Shown here: one piece after another, positions 10,498 through 25,779 of the stretch | Layout: each line of letters begins with the position of its first letter | How positions within the stretch are numbered: the first letter of the stretch is position 1 | NCBI GenBank assembly: GCA_001179505.1 | Contig: CDMY01000287.1 | Coordinates: forward strand, 1 to 64,000 | Length of the DNA stretch: 64,000 nucleotides | Direction: 5' to 3' | Source: Vitrella brassicaformis CCMP3155 | Taxonomy: Eukaryota > Protista > Chromerida | Notes under the pieces: generated by a model | What the model saw: only the letters and a program-made list of their open reading frames with translations | Told to the model about the DNA's origin: nothing | The model's database searches: none | Translations under genes and position numbers: made by a program

Positions 10498-11915
10498 ATG
10501 ACAGACCGAGGCTGGCGCAAGAAGAACCATAGCGGGCACCAACAGGCAAGAACGCAACTCGGATGCATCGAGCTGATGACGATGCATCTCGCCACACATG
10601 AGCATCTGCGTCGTTGTGGTCGCTGTGGGTGTTTCAGGGGTCGGCCACAGCAGGCTATGGCGGCCCCTTTCCTGTGAGTTCAGGCAGGCCGAACGCGAGT
10701 GGCGCTGAGGCGAGTGCGAGTCGTGCAGCTGGTCATAGGCACGGTCTCAATGACCCCGCTGTGCTCAAGGCATATGCCAGCGGCAAGGAGGTCCGCGCCG
10801 GCAAGCACACACCCGCATCCGCGAGGTGAGCTGACTGCACCGCCATCCTCCTTCCCTTCCTTCATCACACAACTCTCTGTTGGTGCAGTTCTCAGGTAGC
10901 TACTACCTCTGCTGATGGGAAGGTCGGTAGCAAGGTTGTGGATGGCGGCGTGCCCAGCCGCCAGACGGCCCGCACAGGTGAGGGCATGGTGCTGCAGCAC
11001 CTCCTCCGCGGCAAGCAGGGCGAGACAGAGGGGCTTCGCAAGGAACTCGAAAAGGCCAAGAAGAGGTGGGTATGTGAGCAGCGAGGTGGCGAGGTGACGC
11101 GTGTGTGTGGATGTGTCAGTCACCACGAGTTGGAGGAGCGGTGGAAGGAGAAGTTGCGTGTCATGGAGGCGCATTATCGGGAGAAGTAACACACACCCAT
11201 CCGCAGAGAGAGAGGGATGCACTTTGACGGATGGATGGGTGTGGGTGTGGGTGTGTGGTTGTGGTCAGACTTGAGTCGATGAAGAGGGCATCGGATGGCA
11301 AGAAGGTTGGCGAGATGGACGTATTAGCTCGGTAAGTCTGGCTGGACACCCCACACGCACCACATATGCAGAACGTCACTTGAGGTGTGTTTGTGTGTGT
11401 CAGTGGTTTCCCCGTTGTCGATAGCCTGGCCTCGATGGACCTGGAGGGCGTTACCGCGTTCATCAACGACGTACACAACAAACAGGTATTCCACACACAC
11501 ACAGACGCCCTCCCCCACAACACTCACATATTCCCTGCCATCTCTGCAGGCCCGTTTGTCGGAGATAGAACAGCAGGCCCAGATGCGCCTGAAGGAGTTG
11601 ACGGCCGACTCCCCGTCCACACGCACCGGGGAGCAGACCCCGGAGGCTGATCCGGACGGCGGCCTCTGTGGCGTGTGTCAGGAGAACGAGAAGGACGTCA
11701 GATTTCTCCCCTGCGGCCATACGGCCATCTGCTGGGTGTGAGGGGGGAGGGGGGAAGGAGCGGAGGGGGGCGTGCATCTGTGTTTGTGCGTGTGGGTGTG
11801 GGTGTGTGGTGTGGTTCACTAGGTATGTTTCGAGAGGTATGTGTTGCAGCTGCCGGTGGCGGATCGGCAGTGCCCCCAGTGCTACACGGCATACGAGAGC
11901 GCCACTTACCAGTGA
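10498..11915 (+). CDS. Coiled-coil protein with C-terminal RING-HC (C3HC4) finger, putative E3 ligase
   Basis: Exons give ...LRKELEKAKKR / HHELEERWKEKLRVMEAHYREK / ARLSEIEQQAQMRLKEL...CGVCQENEKDVRFLPCGHTAICW / VCFERYVLQLPVADRQCPQCYTAYESATYQ*. The first intron would need a GC donor (cag|gcaag at 10546), so the start is less sure. Confidence 0.8.
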
Positions 11916-13311
11916 CGCGGCCACACACCCAATACACCCATACATCCAACACCACATAGAGCTCCCTGTCGAACACTCGCCGTGAGCGGATGACGTGGGC
12001 GTGTCGGTGATGGGGCCATCACCAACACGCTCACACATGCGGGGGTGTGTATGGGTGTGTCTCTGCATGATCGTGATGTGTGTACAGAGAGAGGGGCGTG
12101 GGTGTGAGGGAGGCATGGGAATGGACGTAGACGGCGAGATGCAATCACTTCGCCAGCGTGACAATATGAGACACGGTTCAAGAAAGGAACACTGGTTGGT
12201 TGATGTCCAACGAAAGAAGTGTCGTTCATCGTTGTGTGTGAAAGATGGAAATGCATGGTAGGTTACTGCAGTCACTGATGTCCACCGCCACCACACGAAC
12301 ATGCAAATTAAATCACCACCGCGACACAAAGAAACCACGACGCCCCACAAGCTCATTTGGAGCTTGGTTCGAATGGCGCGTCGACGTAGACGGAGACGTA
12401 GGCGTGTACGTGTCAGTGTGTGTATCGTCCCGCTCCCACAAAGCAGGCCCACTAGACAGAACCCCCCCAACACGAAGCATAGACGATATAGTGAACCCTG
12501 ATCATCTGCCCTTCCCCCCTCTCTTGCTGTGTCTTGCAACAGGTGCACACCCCACCACGCAACCTCATTGCAGCGGCCCATTTCGTAGGCACCTACAGCG
12601 AGGGCTGTAGCGGCAGATAGACCTGTCTGCAAGGCCACAGGCGAGAAGGCAACACGGACGAATGCTTCAAAATCCGACAAGCTGCGATGGTAACCCGCCA
12701 CCCACCCAATGACATGACTGACTGACTTGGCTGACCTGACCTCTCTGAAACGGACCCATCGCTCATCAGTCAGCACGCGCTGTGTCCCCGTTCCGCCGTT
12801 TGCCCTCTCGCCGTGACGCAAGTCACTTCAGGACTCCCAACGTCTTGCAACACCCGGTGTAAAGCATTGCAATGCGCTGGATGCCCCCGGCTGATCCACG
12901 TCAGGGGAGAAGAACATAGGGAGGAAAGGTGACACGTAACACACAAGACGACCAACCAACACACTTTACCAGACGATGAGATACGAACCGAACAAGGCCT
13001 CTCTGTCGATCGGCTGACATCCAGCTGCGCAAAACCACAGCCAAAAACACCTGCCTCTCTCTCTCTCTCCCACTCTCCCCCTTGTGTCCAAAACTGCTGC
13101 AGGCAGGTGTCCATCGACACGCTCACACACATGCACACACACACGCACACGCATCCCCCCAGACACACCGCCTACCTTCCCCCCTCTCACCTCAATGAAT
13201 GCGCCAGTGGATGCGTGGATGCGCCCACCACACACGCGGAAAATTGTCACGCCAGCTCTCGAGCGGTGTGGCCAGCCAGCCAGCCAGCCAGCCAGCAGGG
13301 TGGTGTGGTGT

Positions 13312-15928
<2,617 letters not shown>

Positions 15929-16126
15929 TCAGCTGGCGACGAGAGAGAGGGGTGCGGTTGGCAGGTGGGGTGACGCGGGGGAACGCAGAGGCAAAGAAAT
16001 GCACGCAGATCTCGTCAAAGCACTGGTCGACAAAGAGTTTTGTGGGCGCCTCCTCTCGCCCTAACACAAGAACCTGCGAGCTCAGAGGCGGGATTGATTT
16101 CTCCCCTGCCATCATTGCTGTGAGTC

Positions 16127-19100
16127 ATGGCGGACAAAGCCAAGGCTGCCGAAGCAAAGGCGCGAGGAAACACGGCTTTCCAAAGTCACGACTACGCGAA
16201 GGCTGCGGAGTGCTTCAGCGAGGCCATCAGCCACGACCCGAACGACCACGTGCTCTACTCGAACCGCAGTGGCGCTTATGCATCCCTCAAAGACTTCAGC
16301 AAGGCGCTCGACGACGCCGAGAAGTGCGTTGAGCTCAAGGGGGATTGGCCGAAGGTGAGATGGGATGAGATCTGGGATAAGAAGCAGGCAGATCCATTCC
16401 ATGCAGACAGGGAGAGGGACAGAAGAGAGGGGAGGAGATGATGAACGTGTTCTTTGCTGTTTTGTCAGGGGTATGGTCGCATGGGCCTGGCTCTGTTCAA
16501 CCTGGGACGGCTCCAGGAGGCAGAGGTCGCATACAAGACCGGTATGTGGGGCGCGGACCACACCACACCACACCACACCACACCACAACCACACACCACG
16601 ATCATTGGTCGACCGATGCAGGTCTGGAACTTGACCCGAACAATGCAAGCCTGAAGGAAGGGCTGGACACCGTCATGAGGGCCAAGCCAGGACCACCACC
16701 TCCTGGCGGCCAGTCAGGCGGTGGGTGGACGGGCGGACGGGGGAACAGATGGATGGATGGATGGATGGATCATTGTGTGTGTGTCTGTGTGTGTGTGTGT
16801 GATGGTTTGTGTGTGCAGACAAGACGCAGACGCTCTCACTCGACCCAATGAAGATCATTGCCGCCCTCAGCGACCAGGTGAGTGAGTCAGGGATGGACGG
16901 CCACACACATCGGCTACTTTCTGCCTCTGTGGTCATCAGCGTTTCAAGGGCTACGTGGAGGACCGGACCTTCATGAGCGGCCTGGAGCAGCTGATGCAGT
17001 GCAAGGACCAGGCGAAGCTCAACCAGCTGCTCACCCAGGACTCTCGCCTCCTGGATGTGCTCATCGCTGCACAGACAGCTCAGCCCCCCAGAGAAGGACC
17101 CGTTAGACACACACACACACACGCGCGCACATCCGGTCAAACAGGGCCGACATCCGGTCAAACAGGGCCGACACATGACCTTCCGCGTGTTTTGTTCTGT
17201 CGTCAGTTCGGCAATGGTTTTCCCTCTGAGCCGCCGACACGACCACGCGAGGCCGAAAGGCCGAAGCCCAAAGAGGAGACGATGCCGCCTGCAGACAACA
17301 GGACGGACCAAGAAAAGGTGTGTTGGATGGATGGATGGATGCACAAGTGAATGGGAGTAGTGGACACCTTAAGGCGCGCGCGTGTGTGTGTGTGTGTGTA
17401 GGCGGCGGATAGGTGGAAGGAGAAGGGCAACGCGCTGTACAAGAGCCGCCAGTTCGAGGAGGCCCTCGAGGCCTACAGCAAGGCCATGGAGGTCAACCCC
17501 AGCGACATCACTTACAGGAACAACAAGGCCGGTCAGTCAGTGAGGGTGGGGGACACCCACATGCACGAAGAGGAAGGGACATGTGTCTGTGTGTGCGTGT
17601 GCGTGTGCGTGTGCGTGTGTGTATGTGTGTGTGGCAGCTGTGTACTTGGAGATGGAGGACTACGAGAGGTGTCTGGCGGAGTGCCAGAAGGCCCTCGACA
17701 TCAGATACGAGGTCAAGGCAGACTACTCCAAAGTCGCTAAGGTACGATCTCCACACCACACCAGATGCATGAATGGATGAATGGATGGATGGACGTGTCG
17801 GTGGGCGGCCACCTTGTGTGTCAGGTCTACAACCGCATGGCGGCCTGCTACACGCGCATGAAGCAGTTCGACGACGCCATCCAGATGTAACCACACCACA
17901 CCACATCACATCACATCCACGCATCTACACCTGCCTTCATCTGTGCCTCTGTCTGTCTGTGTATCTGTCTGTCTGTCCGTCAGGTACGAGAAGTCCCTGA
18001 TGGAGGACAACACGAAGCAGACGCGCGCCGCCCTGCAGGAGGCCAAACGGATGAAGGAGAAGTATGACGCTGAGCAGTACATCAACCCGGAAGTGGCTGA
18101 GGAGGTACATTGTGCGTGTGTCTGGGTGGCCACCAGCATCAATCACATGACGTGGGCTGTCTGAATGTGTGTGTGTGTGTCAGCACCGAGCCAAGGGCAA
18201 TGAGTACTGGAAGGAGATGGACTACCCTGCCGCCAAGAAAGGTAAGAGACACAAGGAGGCCGCCATCCATCCATCCATCCACACAAGAGGCGACATCCAC
18301 TTCTCTGTGTGTGTTCGGGTGTGTGTGTGTCACACAGAGTATGACGAGGCCATTCGGCGCAACCCCAAGGACGCCAAGCTATACAGCAACCGGGCGGCCG
18401 CCCTGCTGAAGCTCATGGAATTCCCATCAGCACTCCAGGTCACACACACACACACACACACAGGGAGAGAGAGAGAGGGAGAGAGAGACGGACGACTGTG
18501 GCCCACGTGTGTGCATCTGTCTGTTTGTTTGTCTGTCAGGATTGCGAGAAGTGTCTCGCGTTGGATCCCACCTTTGTCAAGGCCATCATCCGCAAGGGCC
18601 AATGCCACTTCTACATGAAGGAGTACAACAAGGCCATGCAGACGTATCAGGTCAGCCAGCAACGAATCCCTGGCCTCCCACCTACCCACCCACACACCAT
18701 CTCCCCCGCTCGCACCTTGTGTGTGTGTGTGTGCGTGTGTGCAGGAGGGTCTCAAGATTGAGCCAGAGAACGACGAGCTGCGCAAGGGCATGGAACAAGT
18801 CAGACACCACCAAGACAGCAACAGACGGGCCAGACAGACACACATGGCGCGTCCCTCTCTCTCCCTCTCTCCCTCTGTGTGTGCGTCTCCTCTCCCACCC
18901 ACAGGTCTTGATGAAGGTTCAGGAGACTGCCACAAGCGGTGAGGTCGACCAGGAGCAGGTGGCCCACGCCATGGCCGACCCCGAGATACAGCGCATCCTC
19001 GGCGACCCACAGATGCAGCTCATCATCAAGTCCATGAGTGAAGACCCCAAACACGCTGCAGAGTGAGCGACCACCATCGCCACACGCACACACGGGCTGG

Positions 19101-19332
19101 GTGCTTTGCTTTGTGGGAGTCTCTCTGCCTTGTGTGTGGCTGTCTGTGTGTCTGTGTGTCTGTGTGCAGGGCAATGAAGGATCCCCAAGTGCGAGCTGCC
19201 ATATCAAAACTAGCGGCGGCCGGTAAGAGAGAGAGAGAGAGAGAGAGATGGCAAACAAACAGGGGGGCTGCACACCGAGCACTTATGGGGTTGCTGTGTG
19301 CTGGATGTGCAGGCATTCTGCGTCTCGGCTGA
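16127..19332 (+). CDS. STI1: Hsp70/Hsp90 organising protein STI1/HOP (TPR1-DP1-TPR2A-TPR2B-DP2), multi-exon
   Basis: MADKAKAAEAKARGNTAF...HVLYSNRSGAYASL; WKEKGNALYKSRQFEEALEAYSKAMEVNPSDITYRNNKA; INPEVAEEHRAKGNEYWK; KLYSNRAAALLKLMEFPSAL; AMADPEIQRILGDPQMQLIIKSMSEDP; ISKLAAAGILRLG*. Confidence 0.97.
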
Positions 19333-19876
19333 CGGATGGATGGATGCGCACTCGAGCATCGTTTTTCCATACGTGAGTGTGCGGTGCGGCTGAGCACTTT
19401 ATTCACGTACATGCCATGCGTGAGGGAATTGACGTGCATAATGGTGTGGGGCTGTCCCTGTGCGTGTGCGTACGAGTATGTATGTCGCCCAAGACATTAC
19501 GTGCGCTTGGGATGTGCGTGAGTGACTGACATGACAGCTGTTTCATTTGTCGGTTTGCCGTTCTGTGTTGTCGATGCGGTCCATTTCCTCTCTCACACAC
19601 GCACACATACACAGACGCGCATATGGTTAGTCAGGTGTCCTAGGCAAACATACGCATGCACATCGCACATGCATCCTACCCGTCCCATCCCTCACTCGGC
19701 GTGTGTTCAATGCTGTTGCGCTTCCTTCTACGGTAGCTTTGTTCTTGACTGTACACACACCAGCTGCTGCTGGCCTCTCGACTCAAGCCTGTATCTGCCG
19801 CACGAGTCGTGATGGCCCTCCTCCAGGAACCTGCGTGTCATCACGAGACAGATACGCACATACAAACGTCCGTCGC

Positions 19877-20669
19877 TTACTCGCGGGGTGAGCCGTTCCA
19901 GCCGCACATCTCGCCCCCCTCGTAAGCGTGCATTTCCTCCATGAAATCACGACGAGTGATGCCCTTCTCCTGAACACACAGGAATGCATCAGAGCTGCTG
20001 TGTGTCCTTTGTGTTGTCTGGTGCATGCCGCTACCAGCCGACCGACCGGGTCTTTGGCTTTGATGGCGAGTGTGAGCAGGACATTCTCGAAGTCCGTATA
20101 CTTGCCGATGCGGCCCAGCTTGCACTTCTCGAAGTCACGCCAGCCTGACGCACACACAGAAGGGGCGGGGCCACACGTGCATTCACGAATGAGGATGGGA
20201 TCGGTGCGGACGCACCTTGGTTGGGCTGCTGGCGGTAGTGCTCGGGTACGTTGGTGATGATGATGCTGGGATACGGGTAGACTACCACCTGCCACATAAT
20301 CCATCCATCCATCCGTCCAACTGAAGAAGTGCAGTTGGCATACCTTCATTTTCTTCTCGTGCTCCTCAGGGTCGTCAGCGGCCGAGTGAACGTACTTCCG
20401 GAGTCCCTCCTGGAAGTCGGGGGCGTAGATGCCTCCGAGATCGATGAACTGCGGCTCGTTCGGGCGGCTGGCCTTCTTGACCTCCTTGAGCACCTCCTGC
20501 AGACCCATGCAGCACAACAGATGGATGGATGGATGGATGGATGGATCTGTGCCAATTCCATGGTGCAATTGTCGGCACGTACCTTCAGACGAGCCTCATA
20601 GTTCTCGGCCGACACTACGCCCTTCTGGTGGGCCACCTCCTGCCGCGGCGCTGCCGACGACGAGCTCAT
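19877..20669 (-). CDS. Hypothetical protein (lineage-specific family); last exon and downstream flank repeated at about 22244-22485 and (inverted) 61140-61380
   Basis: Spliceable exons MSSSSAAPRQEVAHQKGVVSAENYEARLK / EVLKEVKKASRPNEPQFIDLGGIYAPDFQEGLRKY... / WRDFEKCKLGRIGKYTDFENVLLTLAIKAKDP / EKGITRRDFMEEMHAYEGGEMCGWNGSPRE*. Confidence 0.6.
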
Positions 20670-20945
20670 GGTGAAAAAGGGCGATGGTTGCACACACCGA
20701 CGATGTTGACGATGGACACGCAGGCCGAGAACACCAGGACGTGGTCCGATGCCAGGATCTGCCAGGATCCACTGGGCCAGGATCGCACACCGGTTTCAAG
20801 CTCGCAGAGGCAGATCTGGCTCTAAGCTTCGCACCATCTCTCAGGGAGGCCTACCTATCGACTACAGCCGCTTTGACCAGCAGGAGATATCGACTCATCT
20901 GACGATGAATGACCTTCGAATGTCGGCTGAGTGCCGAGAGCCGCT

Positions 20946-21510
20946 ATGGGCTGCGAGTGGAGCAAGAGAGAACCTGAGGGGAGACATCCGAAGAGCGAGG
21001 AGGACTGGGATGCTTTGAAAAGGGTGGTGAAGGCCATTGATTCGATTGACGATGAGCTGCCGTGCATCCTTGACACCGGAAGCCTCTGGATGAAGCACAT
21101 ACATCTTCTCGACGCCGTACTCAACGAAGACGGGGTGGGTACACACACACACGCATGAGCACATGCGCCTACACAAAAACAACGCACGTGGTCCTGGGTC
21201 CGTGCGTCTGTGTGTGCAGACGATCAAGGATAGGTATCGGAGGGCGTTCATCGAGAGGTGTGGCATGATGTCCTTGCGGAGAGCGCGGAAATTCAGAGAG
21301 AAGCTGCTGCGCGAGTGGGGCGGGGCGGCCCGCCTCAGGTGAGTGACGGACTGACACCCGCTGAATGAACACCACTCGTGTGTGTGTGCGTGTGTGTGTG
21401 TGTGTGTCAGGAGGCTTGAAGCACTGGGGAGCCGCCTGCTGCCACCCGTTGAGCAAACATCGCCATCAGGCGGGCAGCAACTGACGGATCCCCTGCTGCA
21501 CAGGAAGTAG
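20946..21510 (+). CDS. Small hypothetical protein (~135 aa) with MGCxxS N-terminus (predicted myristoylation/palmitoylation), 3 exons
   Basis: MGCEWSKREPEG...DAVLNEDG | TIKDRYRRAFIERCG...GGAARLR | RLEALGSRLLPPVEQ...LLHRK*. Canonical GT-AG introns keep the frame, and an intact paralog lies at 47904-48459. Confidence 0.75.
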
Positions 21511-21599
21511 TGATTGCATCGGCAGGTTGGCAGACAGGAGGGAGAGAAGCAGGAAGCCACGACAGGAGGTGTGCGCTCGGGATGCTTATGTGTATGCAG

Positions 21600-21868
21600 A
21601 CGGCGCCAGCAGCCCCATCGTCTGTCGTGTGAGGCTCAGGTCGCCCAACGTCCGCGGCAGCTACCGGCTGTTCCTGCTCACCGACAAGGCGACGTCCCCC
21701 TTCCTGGCGTATTCCCACGTGCTGCGCGAGGAGGGGGCCGACAGCGTGTCGGTGTCGGTGGGCGCCTTCTGCGACGAGGGTGCCCCGTACGACGCCACGC
21801 GGGAGCTGTTTGTGCGGTGTGTGGGCGCCGAGATGGGTATGCGCCTGTGTGAGGAGATCGACGGATGA
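21600..21868 (+). CDS. Orphan coding-like exon of a hypothetical protein
   Basis: After acceptor gtatgcag: DGASSPIVCRVRLRSPNVRGSYRLFLLTDKATSPFLAYSHVLREEGADSVSVSVGAFCDEGAPYDATRELFVRCVGAEMGMRLCEEIDG*. Upstream exon connection unresolved. Confidence 0.45.
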
Positions 21869-22879
21869 AGACGCTGCAGCAGTGCCGAGAGATAGGCCGC
21901 AAGACGTTTATCGTCAGGTGTGTAGAGTAGCCAGCCTCTGTAGCTCTGTAGGTGGTCTGTGTAGCATGGGTCCTTTTCTGTTGGACGGACAGATGCGATG
22001 CTGTCGTGATACATTGCGAGTGGATTCATTTGCCATCCATCCATTGTGCGTGATCGATTCAATCCATTCCACACACGAACGCATGAATTGTCGGGCTGTC
22101 CTAAGCAGCATCGCACAATGCAAGCAGACACAGACACACATCTGCGCAGACGTACATGAAATGAACGAATTCAACAAACCAAAAGCGATTCTGCTGCGCT
22201 AGCGACGGTGGCCTTGTATTGATCTGTGTAGCTTTGTCTTTGCCTGTACACACACCAGCTACTGCTGGCCTCTTGAGTGGTCAGCGGCTGTAGCGGAGTC
22301 TGTATCTGCCGCACGAGTCGCGATGGCCCGTGCCCAGGAACCTGCATGTCATCACGAGACAGATACGCACATACAAACGTCCGTCGCTTACTCGCGCACT
22401 TCGCCGTTCCAGCCGCACATCTCGCCGCCCTCGTAGGCGCGCATCTCCTCCATGAACTCACCACGAGTGATGCCCTTCTCCTGAACACGCAGGGGCACCA
22501 TACCCAAACCACACGTGTGTGGTTCGGGCGACACAGACAGGCCGACATGGAGATTCAATACATGGTTGATACATGAGTACCTTCATCTTGTCTTCCGTCA
22601 ATCTGTTGTCATCTGAGACACATGCCTCCTCCTCTCCCCCTCTCTCTGCGCGTGTGTGTGCTAGGTGTGCGCGTGTTGCTCCTCTTTGTCTTCAGAGAAG
22701 CGCATCAATCGCTCGGGAAATGAACCAAGATATAAAATGTAGGCAGCGATTCCCTCTCCTGCTGTGTGGCAACAACAACAAAGGGGATGCGATGTCCGTG
22801 TGAGTGTGATGTGTGTCATACAGGAACCGCCCTGCCCCACTCCCCTTGGCCACTCGCTGCCCTGCGCCGTTACTGTACT

Positions 22880-24330
22880 GTACCTGCACGGTGCTGACAC
22901 ACACACACACATTCAAACAGCCCACGTCATGTAAGTGATGCTGGTGGCCACCCAGACACACGCATTGATACCTCCTCAGCCACTTCTGGGTTGATGTCTT
23001 CAGGCGGCCGTTGTTGGTAATCTGAAGGAAGGCCGAATGAACAGATTGTGTGTGGTGCCGATGCGGAGCTCTCACCATCAAGCTGCTGCTTGAGCCGGTT
23101 GATCTCATTTCTGAATCGGGCGGCAACGGCGTACACCCCCTTCACGAGCTCGTCTCTCTCACGGGCGAATTTCGCCTCCATTGTGTCCTTCATTGCCACT
23201 GTCGCCTGGTAGATGCATGCACACAAGAGAGAGGAAAGGAAGCGCACGGACCGATGCATGTACGAGGGCGTGTGGATGGAAAATGTGTCGTTGGCTCTCA
23301 CCGCCAGCTCATCTTTGGTCTTTGTTAGCGTGTCTCTGGTAGAATGCATGGCATAGGATGCGCAAAGATTCCATGTCTATGCGTGTACGGTACCTCAGCT
23401 CATTCAGCCTGCGATACTCGGCCATGGCCTCCTGCAGCTCCTGAACAATCTGGCCGCCCGTCGCCGTCTTCTCAACCTTCACCAACACCTGTGGGTGGCA
23501 GAGGACAGCACACACACACAGAGGGAGAGAGAGAGGGAGAGACGCCATGTGTGTGTGTCCAGCCGTCTGGTGTTGTCTGACCTGATCCAGGCCCTTGCGA
23601 GGCTCGTCGTTCTCTGGCTCGATCATCTTCAGACCCTCCTGCACACAGAGAAAGTCCCTGAAGCCACATACACGAATAAATGACACAATGACATCTTGAT
23701 GAGATCATCGATGATTTCATTGATTGTTCTCGTCCGCGAGCTCCTGCTTCTCCTTCTTGAGCGTTTTGTTCTCCATCTCCAGACCCTCATTCTGGTCGCT
23801 GAACCAAAGCAAGGGAAAGTGACACCGCACAGGCATGACATCGATGTGCACATGTGTTGATCTGTATGCGCACCTTCCCTTCCTCCTCCAGTCTCTCGTA
23901 GAGGCGGCGATTCTCCTCTTCCAGCTCTGCTGATCGGCCCTCCAGGTCCCAAATCTCCTTGCTCGCACTGAGATTAGCTTCCAATAGATTGTGATTGGAC
24001 TCGATCGCGAGGCCTCGGAAGGCACTGGCGCGGTGCTTGTGCTCGAGCATCTGGTCGGTTGAGAGGAGGCGCATACAATAGGCAGACATTCATGCCCCTT
24101 CCATACTGGTCTTTCTGACCTCTTCCCTCGTCCTCTTCTCTCGTCATCCTTGGTCGCTTCTCGGTCCGTCGGCCTTAGTCGGCTTCCTTTCTGAAATCGC
24201 CCAAGAGGCTTGCCAGAAAGTGAGCGTCTCTTGCCTTCTGCAGGCGTACATACACACCTACCGTCCAAAGAGAGGGAAACAGAGAGCGGGCAACGGGTCA
24301 GGTATGTGACTCGGAGCAGTCGGAATGGGC
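22880..24330 (-). CDS. Chimeric coiled-coil gene or pseudogene containing STI1-derived exons
   Basis: Coiled-coil exons (LLEANLSASKEIWDLEGRSAELEEENRRLYERLEE; MKDTMEAKFARERDELVKG...RLKQQLD) flank exons homologous to STI1 (EGLKMIEPENDEPRKGLDQ | VLVKVEKTATGGQIVQELQEAMAE; EDINPEVAEE | HRA) with STI1 intron sequence retained. An in-frame stop after ADENNQ may split it. Confidence 0.55.
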
Positions 24331-24443
24331 GGCGGCACACGAGGGGCAGGGGGCGGGTGGAAGGGTGGTCGCACAGAGCACACAGGCAGGAGAAGGTGAA
24401 GGCCGAGGGAAGGCGCGTGAAAGCTGAGAACGTAGAAAAAAGG

Positions 24444-24481
24444 TAGGGTTTCCAGGGTTGTCTCGGATTTCAATTCTCGCC
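24444..24481 (+). promoter_or_regulatory. Second copy of the telo-box-containing 38-bp motif, between divergent genes
   Basis: 33/38 identical to 10413-10450; about 80 bp upstream of ATG 24562. Confidence 0.45.
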
Positions 24482-24561
24482 GCGATCTGTCACGTGCCAT
24501 CCAGAGATATTCCGGGGGAACGTTACGTGGCCGATTGCGCACATCGTTTTTCACGAAGACG

Positions 24562-25353
24562 ATGGGTCGTTTCGGTTTTGCTGCCATCCTGCTGGTCGGC
24601 TTCGTAGCCGTTGTGGCATCTCAGCGCACCAACGACCGCCGTCAGCAGAGGGGGGACGCACCTGCGCCGAATCGACCGTGCACCATGCAGCAGCATGGCA
24701 GATCTGCCCACATCTGCCCATACTGAGTGTTTTCTCTGCTCTTTTGTCCATACGGATGGATGGCTGATGTATGGCTGCAGAGGTGTCGGTGGCTGCTCAT
24801 GAGGACGGTAGGTGTTCTTGCCGGCGCCGGATCCTCCATCCGACTGCACTGCATCCAGCGCATCGCATATGTATGTCTATTTTTGCAGGTGGGGAGGTGT
24901 CTGCGGCAATAGGTCTGCGGCGTTCGTGCAGCTGCAGCTGGACCACGCCAAGAGCACCCTCACGGCCGCTTGTGATCTGATCACCGCCGCCATCAACACC
25001 ATCGACACGGCCCACCGGACCATCATCTCAAAACCAGGTCAGCTCGGTCACATGGCACGTATACGCCCTGGCCACAGGTGGGTGTGTGTATGCGTGTGTG
25101 TGTGTGTGCATGTGTGTGTGTGTATGTGTGTGCAAAAGGGGCTTCATGCGGTTACGACGATTTCGGCGACGAATCCGGTGCCGGCGTGACTCTCTGCGGC
25201 GGCGAGGACGAAGTGTGTCTCATTGAAATGGCGGATTCGTTCGGAGGTTATGGCAAGTGCATCAAGGAGAGCGAGGTAAAGGGAAAGCACGCGCCCTGCG
25301 ACGGGGAGAAGGGAATCTGGAAGAATTGGGGGGGCAAGTTCCTCTGCAGCTAG
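24562..25353 (+). CDS. Small secreted protein with Cys-rich C-terminus, multi-exon
   Basis: Signal-peptide-like MGRFGFAAILLVGFVAVVAS; later exons SAAFVQLQLDHAKSTLTAACDLITAAINTIDTAHRTIISKP | GASCGYDDFGDESGAGVTLCGGEDEVCLIEMADSFGGYGKCIKESEVKGKHAPCDGEKGIWKNWGGKFLCS*. Middle exons uncertain. Confidence 0.6.
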
Positions 25354-25779
25354 CTGATGGGGTGGATCCAGCTCGATAGTAAGTAGGGTGGGGCTGAGTG
25401 GGGTGGGGCTCGTACGGGGATCACTCCACTTGTCTGTCTGCCTGTCTGCATGATGGATGGGTTTTAAAACACGTGTGCTCTATTTGTGTGTGCCTGTGGT
25501 GTGACGTGTTGTGGTCTGCCGCTCTCCTTCTTTTCCGGTGAGTATAGACAGCGCAGAGGAGACTCGATGGATGGATGGATGGCCTGTCTGTCTGTGAATC
25601 GGTGGTAGGAGGGCTGTCGCCGTACACGTCGCATCAGAGAGAGGGACCGTCGTGTGTCGCGCTCTATACCGACCGGTGTGCATATTCGTGTGGGTACATA
25701 ATGGTGAGGGACGCACGGACGCATCAATTACTGGTGGAAGAAGGTGCACAAAGCGCTGCTTTCACACACATGGTGCAGG

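Noticed and set aside
11463-12821. 452-aa minus-strand ORF (likewise 6533-7654 and other long CVCV/HTHT ORFs)
   Set aside because: Largely antisense to real genes or translation of microsatellite introns; no domain motifs. A small gene at 12.2-12.8 kb cannot be excluded but is unsupported.
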